DNA of 63,496 nucleotides, filler included, from Chiloscyllium plagiosum (GCF_004010195.1; 6 parts of one record of this genome joined end to end with filler, not necessarily neighbours in it); one strand, 5' to 3'. Positions 12,115 through 24,489 are shown, counted from the whole stretch's first letter. The notes: generated from the letters alone by a model not told the origin. Numbers and translations are program-made.

Positions 12115-12630
12115 GTGTCGTGCAGTGGGGGCATCTGTCGTGTGACATGAACCCAACCTGCTGATTGAGATCATTGTCAGGGTACCAAACTTGGCTATCA
12201 GTCTAAGCTCGGTTACTTTACGCGGTTGTTTCTTTTTCCCAAAGTCTGCCTTGGAGGATGGTGATGCGAAAGTCGCCACGTGTAATGGTGGGTTCTGTGT
12301 CTACACCCTGAGACGTCTTGCAGCATCTGCCCTGACAGTCTTGTAAGGTGCTGTGGTCGATGTCTTCCTGAAAGCTGGGCATTTTGCTGCGAATAATGAT
12401 CTCTTTAAGATTTGGCAATTGTCTACAGTCGGAAAGTGGAGGAGTGTATATTGGCGAAACGGAGCAGACATCTCATGAATGAACACCGCACAACAATCAC
12501 CAGACAAAGGTGTTCCCTCACAGTTGGGGAATACGACAGTGGTCCTGGACATTTGGTCTCAGACTTTCGGGTGATTATCCTCCAAGCCGGACATCGGGAC
12601 AACTAACAACGCAAAGTGTCCGAGGAGACA
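12115..12630. mobile_element. Rearranged Penelope-like GIY-YIG endonuclease fragments in opposite orientations (mirror ~14145-14660)
   Basis: Plus strand 12447-12630: YIGET....MNEHRTTITRQRCSLTVGEYDSGPGHLVSDFRVIILQAGHRDN. Minus strand 12115-12400: CKTSQGVDTEPTITRGDFRITILQG and RKVTELRLIAKFGT. Both are typical PLE GIY-YIG C-terminal motifs. Confidence 0.75.
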
Positions 12631-13864
12631 TGATTTGGAGTTGCAGGTGTTAGATTCGGATTTACTTATTAAACTTCACACAACGCAATGTTATGCTGCC
12701 ACAGCTTTATTTAAAACCAGTTGCATTCCAACAAAGAACGCTGCTCCTTCATCAGATGGTTGTGGAGTGTGAAATCATAAGGCAAAGCATTTATAGGAAA
12801 TCTATACAGTGCTATGCAAATGAAATAACATATCTACAAAATGCTGGATTATTTGTTAAGTCTCTCATCTTTTAAAATGACCATGTTGGTTGCAGTTCTT
12901 TCACATGTAAATCGTAGAATCCGGCAGGTGACTGATGACCTACTTCTTCTCCCAGTTCTTGTGGCCTTGTGTTACTCTAACGATGTCAATCACAATCCTC
13001 AGGCACTCCCTGTAACTGCAGTCAATAGCATCAATACATTTCCACGCTATACATCTCTATGACTCTAATAGACAATGCAGTACTTTGAGAGCCACTATAC
13101 GTATATTGAATCAGAAAATGTATAATTGTGCTCAAGAGTGTCATCTTACTTGGTCGCATGACTAAATTGCTGTTAGTTATAACTTATANNNNNNNNNNNN
13201 NNNNNNNNNNNNNNNNNNNNNNNNNNNNNNNNNNNNNNNNNNNNNNNNNNNNNNNNNNNNNNNNNNNNNNNNNNNNNNNNNNNNNNNNNNNNNNNNNNNN
13301 NNNNNNNNNNNNNNNNNNNNNNNNNNNNNNNNNNNNNNNNNNNNNNNNNNNNNNNNNNNNNNNNNNNNNNNNNNNNNNNNNNNNNNNNNNNNNNNNNNNN
13401 NNNNNNNNNNNNNNNNNNNNNNNNNNNNNNNNNNNNNNNNNNNNNNNNNNNNNNNNNNNNNNNNNNNNNNNNNNNNNNNNNNNNNNNNNNNNNNNNNNNN
13501 NNNNNNNNNNNNNNNNNNNNNNNNNNNNNNNNNNNNNNNNNNNNNNNNNNNNNNNNNNNNNNNNNNNNNNNNNNNNNNNNNNNNNNNNNNNNNNNNNNNN
13601 NNNNNNNNNNNNNNNNNNNNNNNNNNNNNNNNNNNNNNNNNNNNNNNNNNNNNNNNNNNNNNNNNNNNNNNNNNNNNNNNNNNNNNNNCCCTGGTGGTGG
13701 GGTCTGTTTGGAGGTGGAAGAGCTGTATAGCGTGGAAATGTATTGATGCTATTGACTGCAGTTACAGGGCGTGTGTGAAGATTGTGATTGACATCGTTCG
13801 AGTAACACAAGGCCACAAGAACTGGGAGAAGAAGTAGTCATCAGTCACCTGCCGGATTCTACGA

Positions 13865-14110
13865 TTTACATATGAAAGAACTGCAACCAACATGGCCATT
13901 TTAAAAGATGAGAGACTTAACAAATAATCCAGCATTTTGTAGATATGCTATTTCATTTGCATAGCACTATATAGATTTCCTATAAATTCTTTGCCTTATG
14001 ATCTCACACTCCACAACCATCTGACGAAGGAGCAGCGTTCTTTCTTGGAATGCAACTGGCTCCAAATAAAGCTGTGGCAACATAACCTTGCATTGTGTGA
14101 AGTTTAATAA
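13865..14110 (+). mobile_element. Second Penelope-like terminal-repeat family with a decayed hammerhead (mirror ~12665-12915, minus)
   Basis: CCACAACCATCTGACGAAGGAGCAGCGTTC...CCAAATAAAGCTGTGG. The CTGANGA core is present but the GAAA half is damaged. Confidence 0.55.
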
Positions 14111-15944
14111 GTAAATCCGAATCTAACACCTGCAACTCCAAATCATGTCTCCTCGGTCACTTTGCGTTGTTAGTTGTCCCGATGTCCGGCTTGGAGGATG
14201 ATCACCCGAAAGTCTGAGACCGAATTTCCAGGACCACTGTCGTATTCCCCAACTGTGAGGGAACACCTTTGCTTGGTGATTGTTGTGCGGTGTTCATTCA
14301 TGAGTTGTCTGCTCCGTTTCGCCAATATACACTCCTCCACTTTCCGACTGTAAACAATTGCCAAATCTTAAAAAGATCATTATTTGCAGCAAAATGCCCA
14401 GCTTTCAGGAAAATATCGACCACAACACCTTACAAGACTGTCAGGGCAGATGCTTCAAGACGTCTCAGGGTGTCGATACAGAACCCACCATTACACGTGG
14501 CGACTTTCGCATCACCATCCTCCAAGGCAGACTTTGGGAAAAAGAAACAACCGCGTAAAGTAACTGAGCTTAGACTGATAGCCAAGGTTGGTACGCTGAC
14601 AATGATCTCAATCAGCAGGTTGGGTTCATGTCACACGACAGATGCCCCCACTGCACGACACACCCTCTATCTCTCTCTCTCTCTCATGTGTTCAATATAT
14701 TTGAGCTGCATGACACTTTGATCTTTTGCTTGCAAATCTGCGTTTTAAGGTGCAGCTCCACAAATTCCTGATGACGAGGCAGCGCTACGAATGCTCATTC
14801 TTACAAATACACATGTTGTACTACAATCGGATGCTGTATAATTTCTACCGTTATGTGGTGACCAAAACTCTACACAGCAATCCAGATGCAAACAAAGCAA
14901 TGCCTTGCATAGTTCAATGAAAAATATTTGCTTTTTGTTTACTTTCTTCAGCAACACGTACCAAAAGTTAATATGCCTTCCTTTTCACCTATCGAACGAT
15001 AACAGCTTAATGGACGCTGAGAAATTCAGTATTACACTTCTGCAGACTTTGCCTGGTTCATAGAATTCATACTCAAACAGAAGATGACTGTTCGAACATT
15101 GTTCTACAGGCACTTACTCGATGAAACGTCGGAACAAAAATGCTACAACATCAAAAGGCAGGAGAGAACAGTGAGACACAGGCATATGTCTGCCTTTGTC
15201 AGTCATGTAGGAATAAGTGAGTGCTGCAGATGCTGGAGTTCAGGGCCTTTGTCATAGGACTGGGCATATGACAAAAAGATAAAAATGAAATATTTGGGAT
15301 TTAAAAAAAAATATAAATAGTCGTAAAACTAAAAATATGTGGTAATTCTGGATCTTTATTTTGAAGCTGTGTGATATATTGCTGATGATTCATTTGTTTA
15401 ACTCGCGAGCCATGGATCGAACATCATTGTCAAGTAATGAAACATTTTAGGCCCATACACTCTTGAGTTTAGAAGATTGAGACAACATATAATTGAGTTG
15501 ATTAATGTGCTGAAGGAGGTAACATAGTTCATAGTGGCTATAAACTTCATGTCTGGTAACGAGGGTTAATGGATAAAATTAATAGGACATGACAATGAAT
15601 ATTTAACGTCTAGTGGAAAGTTCACAAACGGAGAACTGCTTGAGGAAATAAGACATCATTTTTTCAAAGAGGCGGTTTTGTGGGCAGATGCCTTTCAGCT
15701 CAGCACCGTCCCCATGAACTGTCCTACATGCCTATCTTTCTTTCCACCTATCGACTCGTCCCTCCTCTCTGATCGAGCACCTTCATCCCCACCCCCAAAC
15801 ACCCATTGTCCATTTTGCTAACTTCCCCCACCCACGTCTCTGACCTTTCAACGTCATCCCATCCCCATTCTTGTATTCTACGCTACTTTCTCCCCACCCA
15901 CACACCCCTCTCATTTATCCCTACTCTGCAGAGTCCCTGCCTCT

Positions 15945-15984
15945 ATTCCTGACGAAGGGCTTTTGCCCGAAACGTCGATTTTCC
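15945..15984 (+). ncRNA. Minimal PLE-type hammerhead ribozyme motif, intact core
   Basis: ATTCCTGACGAAGGGCTTTTGCCCGAAACGTCGATTTTCC, an identical mirror of 10501-10540. Confidence 0.6.
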
Positions 15985-17224
15985 TGCCCCTTGAATGCTG
16001 CCTGAACTACAGTGACTTTTTCCAGCACCACTCTAATCCAAGCAGGTGCAACTGTATAATCTTGATGATCCACAGAACGGTTACTTTTCTGTCGTTTTCA
16101 TAAAACCAACTGGAGGTAGCTTCACCTTAATTTCTCCAAAATGGAATATTTGAAATGGTCTGTAAGTGCAAAGAATTAGTAATGCTGCACATATTTTCCT
16201 CTCAATGGTGTAGCTGTTGAAGGAGTGCAATGAACGTTTCCCAGTCTGATTCCAGGAATGGTGGCACTGAGGTATGGAGAGAGATTGATTGATTAGGATC
16301 GTTTCACGAAAGTTCAAATGAATTAATGCGGAATCTCTCAGACATTTATAAACTTCTAGCAGGACTCTACAGGGTAGATACAGGGAGGATGTTGCCGATG
16401 GTATGAGTGTAGGTCGAGAACACGGAGATCACAATCTGAGGATCCAGCGTTCACTGTATAGGACAACGATGAGGAGTCTTAAGTCCACCGGAAGTGCAGT
16501 TAGACTCTGAAATTCATTACCATCGGATATAATGAATACCAAAACAATTAATGTGATCGGAAAAGATGCGAAATACAGTATCTGAGGCGACAGGGATCAA
16601 AGTGTATGGGGTGAAAGAAGAATTAGGCTGTTGAGTTCAAATGTTTAGCCATATATCTGATGAATGACGGAGCGGGTTAAAGAGCATAATGGCCGACGTC
16701 TGTTGAAATGCTTCTGTAATCAATGCAGTATTAGTTGCAGACACGTTGTCCCGCTCGTCAGGGTTACCCCATCAGAGTTGAACGGGTTATTCCGATTGTG
16801 AAGTTATAGTCTGTCTGTATACAAAACTTGAGTCAGACTGGTTGTATTTCCAAAGTGGAATTTACAGAATCTTACAAGGAGTGAAGGGGACATAAATACG
16901 CACAAGCTTGCAAATTTCTCCTTGCATATATTTTCTGAAGACATTAAGAAAACCACTGAATACTTTCAGCCCTCCAGTACATAACGTAAACATGGAATAG
17001 GTGCTTCTTCATGTGAAAGAAAATGCAGGATGGCAGACAGAAAAATAAGGTGAGGGTGAATTACCGTTCCAAAAGGGTTGTAAAATTGCGGAATTCACCG
17101 CAGCACATTAAGATATATTGTGCAACATTGAGACAATAGAAGGAGGGGTTTGACAGAATTGCAATTAGCAGTTGGTTGAGTTGTTGTTAAGTGTGGTAAG
17201 CAAGGTGGACTTAGGTCTAGGGGT

Positions 17225-17660
17225 AATGTCAGGACTGCAGATGCGAGAGATCAGAGTCGAGAACGTAGTGCTGGGAAAGCATGGCAGGTCAGCCAACATC
17301 CGAAGAACAGGAGAATTGATGTTTTGGACATAAGCGCTTCATTAGGAATGAGGCGTGTGGGTCGGGGCTGAGAGATAACTGGGAGGGAATGGAGTTCTGG
17401 GAAGGTAGCTGGAAAAGTGATAGGTTGGTGAAGGTGAGGCACAAGGTGATATGTCGAAGGAGGAGTGATGGACTGGTCCAGAGGGCGGTGCCGATTTGTA
17501 CGCTTGAGATTGGGATAATGGCGTGGGACGGGAAATGAGGGAGCTGTTGAAGTCCATATTTATCCGTGTTGTTGCAGAGTCCCAAGGCCGAATATAAGGT
17601 GTTCCTTCTCCAGGCGTCGTGTGGTAATGGTTTGGCGGTGGAGGAGGTCCAGCAACTGCA
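17225..17660 (-). mobile_element. Penelope-like element 3' portion (GIY-YIG C-terminus plus terminal repeat)
   Basis: Minus strand encodes RRLEKEHLIFGLGTLQQHG.NMDFNS with a frameshift, followed by the terminal repeat mirrored at 9095-9270. Confidence 0.75.
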
Positions 17661-17770
17661 ACTCCAGAACTGGTTACTGTATTCTGCAGACACAGGAATA
17701 GTAGAGCAGAGAGGCGAGTACATGTCAAGCATGGCAGCTCGTAAAGTTTAGAAATCGATACTTCACTTAC

Positions 17771-17900
17771 CGTGGACGCCAAAAACAGCGAGGGTGCGAT
17801 GAAAACTATAGCAACTGGATAATGAGAAGAGCAAACGCAATGCCATATTCTAGCATCAAACAATTTGCCCAAACATAATCGGACAAATAGGACACACTCC
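17771..17900 (-). pseudogene. GPR139-like GPCR exon-1 remnant (N-terminus and start of TM1)
   Basis: Minus strand reads MLEYGIAFALLIIQLL, then after a frameshift FHRTLAVFGVH-G|GTAAGT. This is a strong phase-1 donor after a YP.LA..GVP-like motif, compatible with the phase-1 exon-2 start (G|TT AAC = VN) of this family. The left-arm copy would fall in gap 8468-9094. Confidence 0.55.
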
Positions 17901-19118
17901 AATATATTTCCCTGGAATTCGAGCTAAATTCTCAAAATCTGACCCCTCGCATAAATGTCACAGTTTTTGGTTCTCAGTTTTCAATGCAACCCGATCCCAG
18001 CAGCTTATTAGTGACGTTACACAATGTGAGACATTATTGGAAGAATTTCCCACAAATATAAGAGTAATACATTCCAGCGACTTAAGTGGAATGCTACAAA
18101 GTTCATAATTGCACCATGTATTCTTGAGATTTGTAAATTAGTATAAAATCCATGCATTCTCTAAATTTCACTGTAACATGTTCTCTCTTCTTGTGAAATC
18201 TAAGTAGATGAATTTGTCAATGAATTCTGCTTATTCAAGTAATAATCAAAAATTCCCAAATCTGATTTAATGGCGTGGTTGTCCGCGAGAAGTGAGAACT
18301 TGGAAATGCATTAAAAACGCAGAAGGAATTAACCCTGAGCATAGTCGTCACAAAATTCGAATTGAAAATATACCCGTAGAAAGTTGAAAGGGAACATCGA
18401 ATGAGAAATGCTGATTGGAAATATATTACAACATACTATTTAAAAGGAATACTGCAATCATTTTATCTGTGATGAAATATAAGATCTGGATGAGAAATCA
18501 GAAGGAGTAAAGAGGCTGTCATCAAAACTTGTTTTTTCAAAGGTACCAAAAGTCTTCCCAGTGTATGTTGGATATTATTATCAAGTAAACCTCAAAGAAA
18601 CCGCATGCTCGGAAACAAGTAATACAAAGTCCAATTAATTGTGGGAAAACCGTTCAGCAGGCTTATAAGAGTATCCTCTGCATTTATTGGAAAATAGCTT
18701 ACCATACTTATAATTATTTCTGTGATTTTAAATTTGTAATTTAATTGTAAAGCGCATTTAAAAACAAATTCACATCGGCTTGCTGCTGCACATTTAACAC
18801 ATTTCGATTTTGATTTTGCTGGAAATGTCAAGGATGCCTATGACGGACTTGCAGAATATGAATTAAATGAAATATTCCACAAACCTCATAAATTGTACGT
18901 TTACGGTAGTGCATGTTTTCAATCAACGAAACTGAGTTAGAAAACAATACAATGGACTGTAACATTAGCAGAAATAAAGATCGGGAAACGACAGAATATC
19001 TCATCTTGCAATCATCACTTCTCATATGCAAGAAAGTAAAATTAGACTTTCCAATTCGATTCATGCACCATGAAATATAGGTGCACAATAGATGTGTCAC
19101 GGTCGACCCAGAGATGCA

Positions 19119-21228
19119 TTAGAGCTTGTAAACGCTATATCTTAATTGAAGAAATTAAAGTACGACTGCTATGATTGGGAAATGCATATTGTGTGCAAGG
19201 TTTTCTTGCTTCTATATGCTGTCCTATATTTATGAAACTGGTGTTCTGCTTTTTGAGCGGTCTTACACATTTTCCAAACACTCCAAAATCTCCAGGCTTG
19301 CTAAATTTTGTTCTTTTGCGAGTGCAAACTTTAAAACTGGAAATTATATCGCGTCTCCACAATCTTTGTCCCAAATGTAACGTCCGTGAAATTTCCTATG
19401 TCATTTCCTGGTTTCTTTGGGAGCATGCGAGCAGGTTACTGAGTCCCAATACAATGTTATTTTAAGTTCATTTGACGAAATTTCTTCGTTTGACTCATCA
19501 ATCTACAATCTAATTCACAGGCTAATCCAATTCACCAATGTCACTGCCAATTCGCTGCGGTTAAATCATTCTAAATTTTCTGCATTTATCATGTGCATTT
19601 TTGATTTTTTTTATGATCAATGCGAAAAAAAAATCCCAGACACGGGTTCGCGAAAATCAATTTTTTAACTGGCATCTCTGTATATCCTGGTTATGTTAAT
19701 CAGCAGCTATGTTCAATGCGGTATTCGATACTATCAGCAGCATGACCACCAACAGAGACAACAAACAACTGATGCAGTCAGCGCTGGATAAAACAGATCC
19801 TGACACAATGTATTCAATGAAATGAGCATTCAATCTTCGTCAGAAAACATTAAGCTGGAATTAAATGGCAATTTGTCACAATCTCACCAAAAAACAAAAC
19901 GTTGACTATCACGGTATAAGGTTGGACATGGGTTTATGCTGCGTTTTCGTTTTTTGGTTGATTCCTACATTTTAAATAATAATAGAATAAACTCAGACTT
20001 CCTTTTTTTCCCTTAGTACGATTAAGTACTTAATCGCATGCTCTCTGCATTGTGTGACACTTCCAAATATCACTTGAAAAATGTTAAAGCCATCCAAACA
20101 TTCTTGTCATTTACTTCCACTCTACTTCTTGGTGGTGTCATTATGAATATGTTTTCAGTTCATTAACTGCTTCTGTAAATAACATACAAAAACAGTTGTA
20201 CCTCCAAACCCATTGCGAAAGTGGAAACCATTCAGATTTGTCCCTGTCAGAAGCCATGCGAAAGCGACCCACCCGATGATGAAGATTTGCGCAGGAGGAA
20301 ACCGAATACTGCTTTCTCCCATCTCTGTAATCTCGCACTCCACCTCAATACATGAGGTGCATAAAGCCGCAGGGACGCTTTAGTTCAGCAGAGCTGAGAG
20401 GTAATGTTATTCCAGTGATCTCCAAACCAAATTCCCATTTAAAATCCCGTTTAGAATTCATACGAAATTCATATCAGTCCATTTAATTTTTATACCAATT
20501 TACACCAACCGAAACTGAATTTCAGTCATGCTTGTTTGTAATCCGGGGGCTTGCAAGGTTGGAAACATCGCATCAAACGCTTTAGATCAATCATTCTGTG
20601 TGGTACGACACCGATGACTTCAGGTCTGTCTCATCTATTCTGAAGAAGGGAATCAGTGTTCAAAACATTAACGGAGTCTTCTTTCCACAAAATTTGCTAG
20701 AACAACTGTGTTCCATAAGGCGAACTTTTTTTTATTCGTCTATGTCTTCTGCCATACAGCAAATGCGATCAAAATAATTGCTTTCAATGTAATATGTCAC
20801 ACAATGATACGAAACTGACACACCTCTGTGCGTGTGCTTGTCTACTTTATTTTATTGTAAAGCAAGGTATTGTTTTAACAGTAAGTCTTCCCCTTTAATT
20901 TCTGCTATCGTCTTATTGACATCTCGACCAACGCGAAATTTTTTTTGTTTCACCGAATCAATGCCATTCAAAGTCGTGCGTGCCTCCACCAGATTCCCAA
21001 CTCATGCTTCTCTGCTGCATTTCCAACAATCACAGATTACCCGGTACAAACCGATGTGTGTCTCATCTAGCCATACTTAATGCATAGTATAAAATGATGC
21101 GGAATGATCACAAGCTAAGAAAAGTTCCTTACCTGCGAAGCATCAGATGTGCATGATCGGTCCAATTTGGCAATGTCATATCTTGTCATTCCTGCATGGA
21201 TTCCCATGTCGTGATCCATTCAGAGAGA
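19119..21228 (-). pseudogene. Mirror copy of the candidate Folate_rec-family pseudogene; exons ~21133-21228, 20202-20393, 19119-19438
   Basis: Reverse complement of 5577-7685 with the splice dinucleotides preserved. The middle exon, compared directly, carries the same lesions. Confidence 0.4.
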
Positions 21229-22344
21229 CTTGCAAATTCGGAAGCACATTCTGTTAATTAGTGTGTGGTTTCAACACTTTTTGGCTGAAGGGAAAGAATT
21301 GGAAAGTCGTGCTCACTGCCCACAGATCAATTGACACGTTTCCTAGACGCATAGTGTCATGGCTAAAACAGCAAAGAAAATGAACTCGCAAAAATGATCT
21401 TGCACTGTCCTAGCGACACTCATCCCACATTCCAAGGCTTGGCCCATGACGTTCTCTGCCATCACATTTAAGTGCTCATTGACATACTTTTTAACATTGG
21501 TGAGGTTTAGCACTTTGACTGACCCCTACACTCTCCGCCAGCCACTTCCAGACATCCAAACCCTTTGGCTGCGAAACAAAATCCTTGATAGCCCCTAAAC
21601 ACATAACGTCAGATTATATCCTCATCGTTATTTTTCCATCAGTTTAATAAACTGCGACGTAATTCCACTGCTCCGTTGCCTCTCATAAACTCATAATCCT
21701 CACTCTGGAAACACAAAGCCGTCTCAGCTATAAAGAAAACCCTCAGGTCTATACACACTGTCTTAATGGCTAAATTTATTCTGTCTAGCAAACACCTTGG
21801 CGAATATGTGGTGCACCCCCGCCGGAGAATTCACAGCATACTATGGCATGGCTAATGGGACTGCACACTGTAATCTGGCTCTGGCATACGCGAAGATTTG
21901 TGCAACTCTGATCCAATGCCCCTGCTCTCTGCACTGATGGACACATGGCAGGAAAGGACAGAAGCTTTATTTGTCTTCTGAAGCACAGTTTCAACGTTTG
22001 GTGCCAATTTCAATTGTCGATGGACAAGGGCCCCAAGTTCCCTTTGTTACTCAAAGCTTTCGAACATCCTTCCATTCATTGAGTAACTGTTTGTCGTGTT
22101 CCGTCTTGCAAAGTGCATTATTGAACAGTTTTCATGGCAAATTTCGATCGGCTGCTGATCTGCCCATTTGAGCAACCCGTCAAAAACTTCCTTAAACCTA
22201 ATATCTGCTTCTGCACTTTTGAACACCAACATAAACGTCCTGGCATTTGCACACCCATTTATGATCTCTATCCTCAACTTAACCATAGCTTCCGATAAAA
22301 AAAAAATGTTTTGTACTATTTTGAAGTTGTCCAGAACAATGCTT

Positions 22345-22566
22345 CTGTGTGGAGTTTGCACCTTCTCCCCATGTCTGCATGGGTTTCCCCCGGGTGCTCC
22401 GGTTTCCTCCCACAGTCCAAAGATGGGCAGGTCAGGTGAATTGGCCATGCTAAATTGCCCGTAGTGTTATGTAAGGGGTAAATTGTTGGTTTGCGCTTCG
22501 GCCGGTCGCTGTGGACTTGTTGGGCCGAAGGGCCTGTTTCCACACTGTAATGTAGTCTAATCTAAG
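22345..22566 (+). mobile_element. 5'-truncated HE1-like V-SINE, present only in the right arm
   Basis: CTGTGTGGAGTTTGCACCTTCTCCCC...GGCCATGCTAAATTGCCC...GGGCCGAAGGGCCTGTTTCCACACTGTAA..(TCTAA)n, homologous to 27628-27950. Confidence 0.9.
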
Positions 22567-22830
22567 CTTTGTGGCCATCTCCTTGTTATTGTCACGGAGG
22601 TTATCTTGAGGCATATTAGTAATCATTGCTTCCCATTGTCTTTCCTTAATATCACTCATGTGTGAAGTTTTATTGCAGTCCTTCTTCCTGCAGCCACAGA
22701 CTGTTTCCTGTTATGTTATCTTTCGATTGACTTGTTGTCATTTGTTGCCAGCAACTGAAAACAAGATATTCCAATACGACAATAGTATCTGTTGTTCTGG
22801 CACCAAACTATGTTCTACACTTTTGAAAAC
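22567..22830 (+). pseudogene. Mirror GPR139-like pseudogene fragment, 5'-truncated by the SINE-associated deletion
   Basis: Reverse complement of 2233-2504 with an extra ~12-bp deletion in the AMA.A.LL segment. Confidence 0.8.
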
Positions 22831-24489
22831 CATATTGTTTTCTCCTCCAATCCCTTCACCCTTCCCTGTCTCCCTGTCTCCATAACCTCGACGTTTCCCT
22901 ACACCTCTCCAGATATCTCCGATCTCCTCCAACCTCGACAACATTCCTATATATCTAAAACCCAGAACCGACATTTCTTCCTATCACTCTCAACTCTTTC
23001 AGACCCCACACTTCTTCCGATCTTTTCAACATACGCATCTCTATACCCTTGTCTATCTCTCCAATGCCCAGCCGTTACCCCTCCTTCTACCTGGTTCAGA
23101 GAAACAGAGGAGATCATTTCCTCATCAAATCAATCACATACAGTTTGGTGTAGGTTGGGCAATGCTCGGAAAAATACGCCTGGGTACAAAAGAGTACCCT
23201 CCTTTCTCTTTACAGAGGTTCCCCTCTCCGAAACTTGTGCTTCATCTATTGGCCTTGCTGCAGTCCCAGGTTCACTGTCAATACAGGCCCCCCCATCTGA
23301 GCCAGAGATGGCTCATGAAATCCTCCGGTCTCTCTGACTGCAACGCTTCTCAGCAGAGTTTTGAGGGGCTTTAAGTAACAAAGTGAATACGAATGAGGAG
23401 CCGAAATTCTTTGACCCTGGTGGTGACTAATCTGCTTGGGGTCGAAACAAACATTCCTGTCTGTACCCAACACACAGAGACATACGTCTGTACAGAACGT
23501 CAATGTGAAAAAAGCTTTGTCCAAACAATACCCAAGAACATGAGAAAATAAAAAAAAGATGATTGCCCAAATAGTATTCTCCACCTGAAAGTTATTCTGC
23601 TGAAACATTCTGTTGGCAATGGCATTTCCACTTGGAACAAGTGGATTTTGCCAGATATCCTTTGATTCAGACAGTGGGGAAATTTCATTGCATCACCATC
23701 AGGAATCCTGTAGGAGTTGTAAAGCTGAGTGAAAAGTTTTCTGTTCCCCCAATTTGTTATGAGGAGGAATAAAGAACGACCGAATGTGGAGTAGACCATT
23801 CCTTCTCAGGCAGGTTCCGTTTTCTCTCTCTTTGTTCTAAAACATACAATAATGTTACTCGACCCCCAAATTGGAGCATGTCGAGGTAAGCAGGAGGAAG
23901 CTGCTCCTATGCCACAGTTTAGAATGTTTGAATGGTATCGTCCCTTGCTTTGTAATTACGTAAAGAGCTGAATGGTCTCATTCTATTCCCGTGTAACTCC
24001 TGAGCGATAGAATGGTCGTCTCCTGACTGGTTGAATGGTATCTTCCTCTCACTGCGCAAAGGCGTTGAGGGCTTGAGTGAGAAAGGAACGCATAGAGTTG
24101 GCCATTCGGCTCCGCGAGACTGTTGCCCAATTCAGAATGCTCATTGATGATATGAGTGTCTGAACATTATTTGCCCAATAATTATTGGTTGCAATGTCCA
24201 AAGTTTCGTTGAGCTCAGCCTTGAACATCTACGAAGACCCAGGATTTGCTATTCCCTGGGGCTGAGGGCACTGCAGTCAGCACAGTGCAAAAGAGAAAGG
24301 GACAACTTTATCTCAATCGGGGATCCATTATGATCAAAGTGTGTTGAACCCACACTAAGGAACGAACTATTTTGAGACCTACAGACAACAATTAGAAACA
24401 GACATATATAAATCAAGCTCTTAAACCTATGCCACATTACTATTGAATCCCCAATCAAATGTTCAGCAGCCTTAATTGACTCTGGACTC

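Larger units (their letters stand above)
558..13058 (+). repeat. Left arm of a ~24-kb inverted duplication
   Basis: 558 GAGTCCAGAGTCAATTAAGGCTGCTGAAC is the reverse complement of the sequence ending at 24489. CATTTCCACGCTATAC near 13037-13052 mirrors ~13725-13740. The ORF track shows mirrored pairs (589+/24249-, 6464+/20155-, 7972+/18592-, 10168+/16081-, 11541+/14745-). Confidence 0.95.
13719..24489 (-). repeat. Right arm of the ~24-kb inverted duplication
   Basis: Reverse complement of 558-13058 with scattered substitutions and indels. It lacks left-arm 2505-4458 (replaced by a SINE) and ends exactly at an assembly spacer. Confidence 0.95.

Noticed and set aside
8438..13816. Long ORFs 8438-9147, 11846-12279 and 13128-13816
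   Set aside because: They consist mostly of X residues from N gaps.
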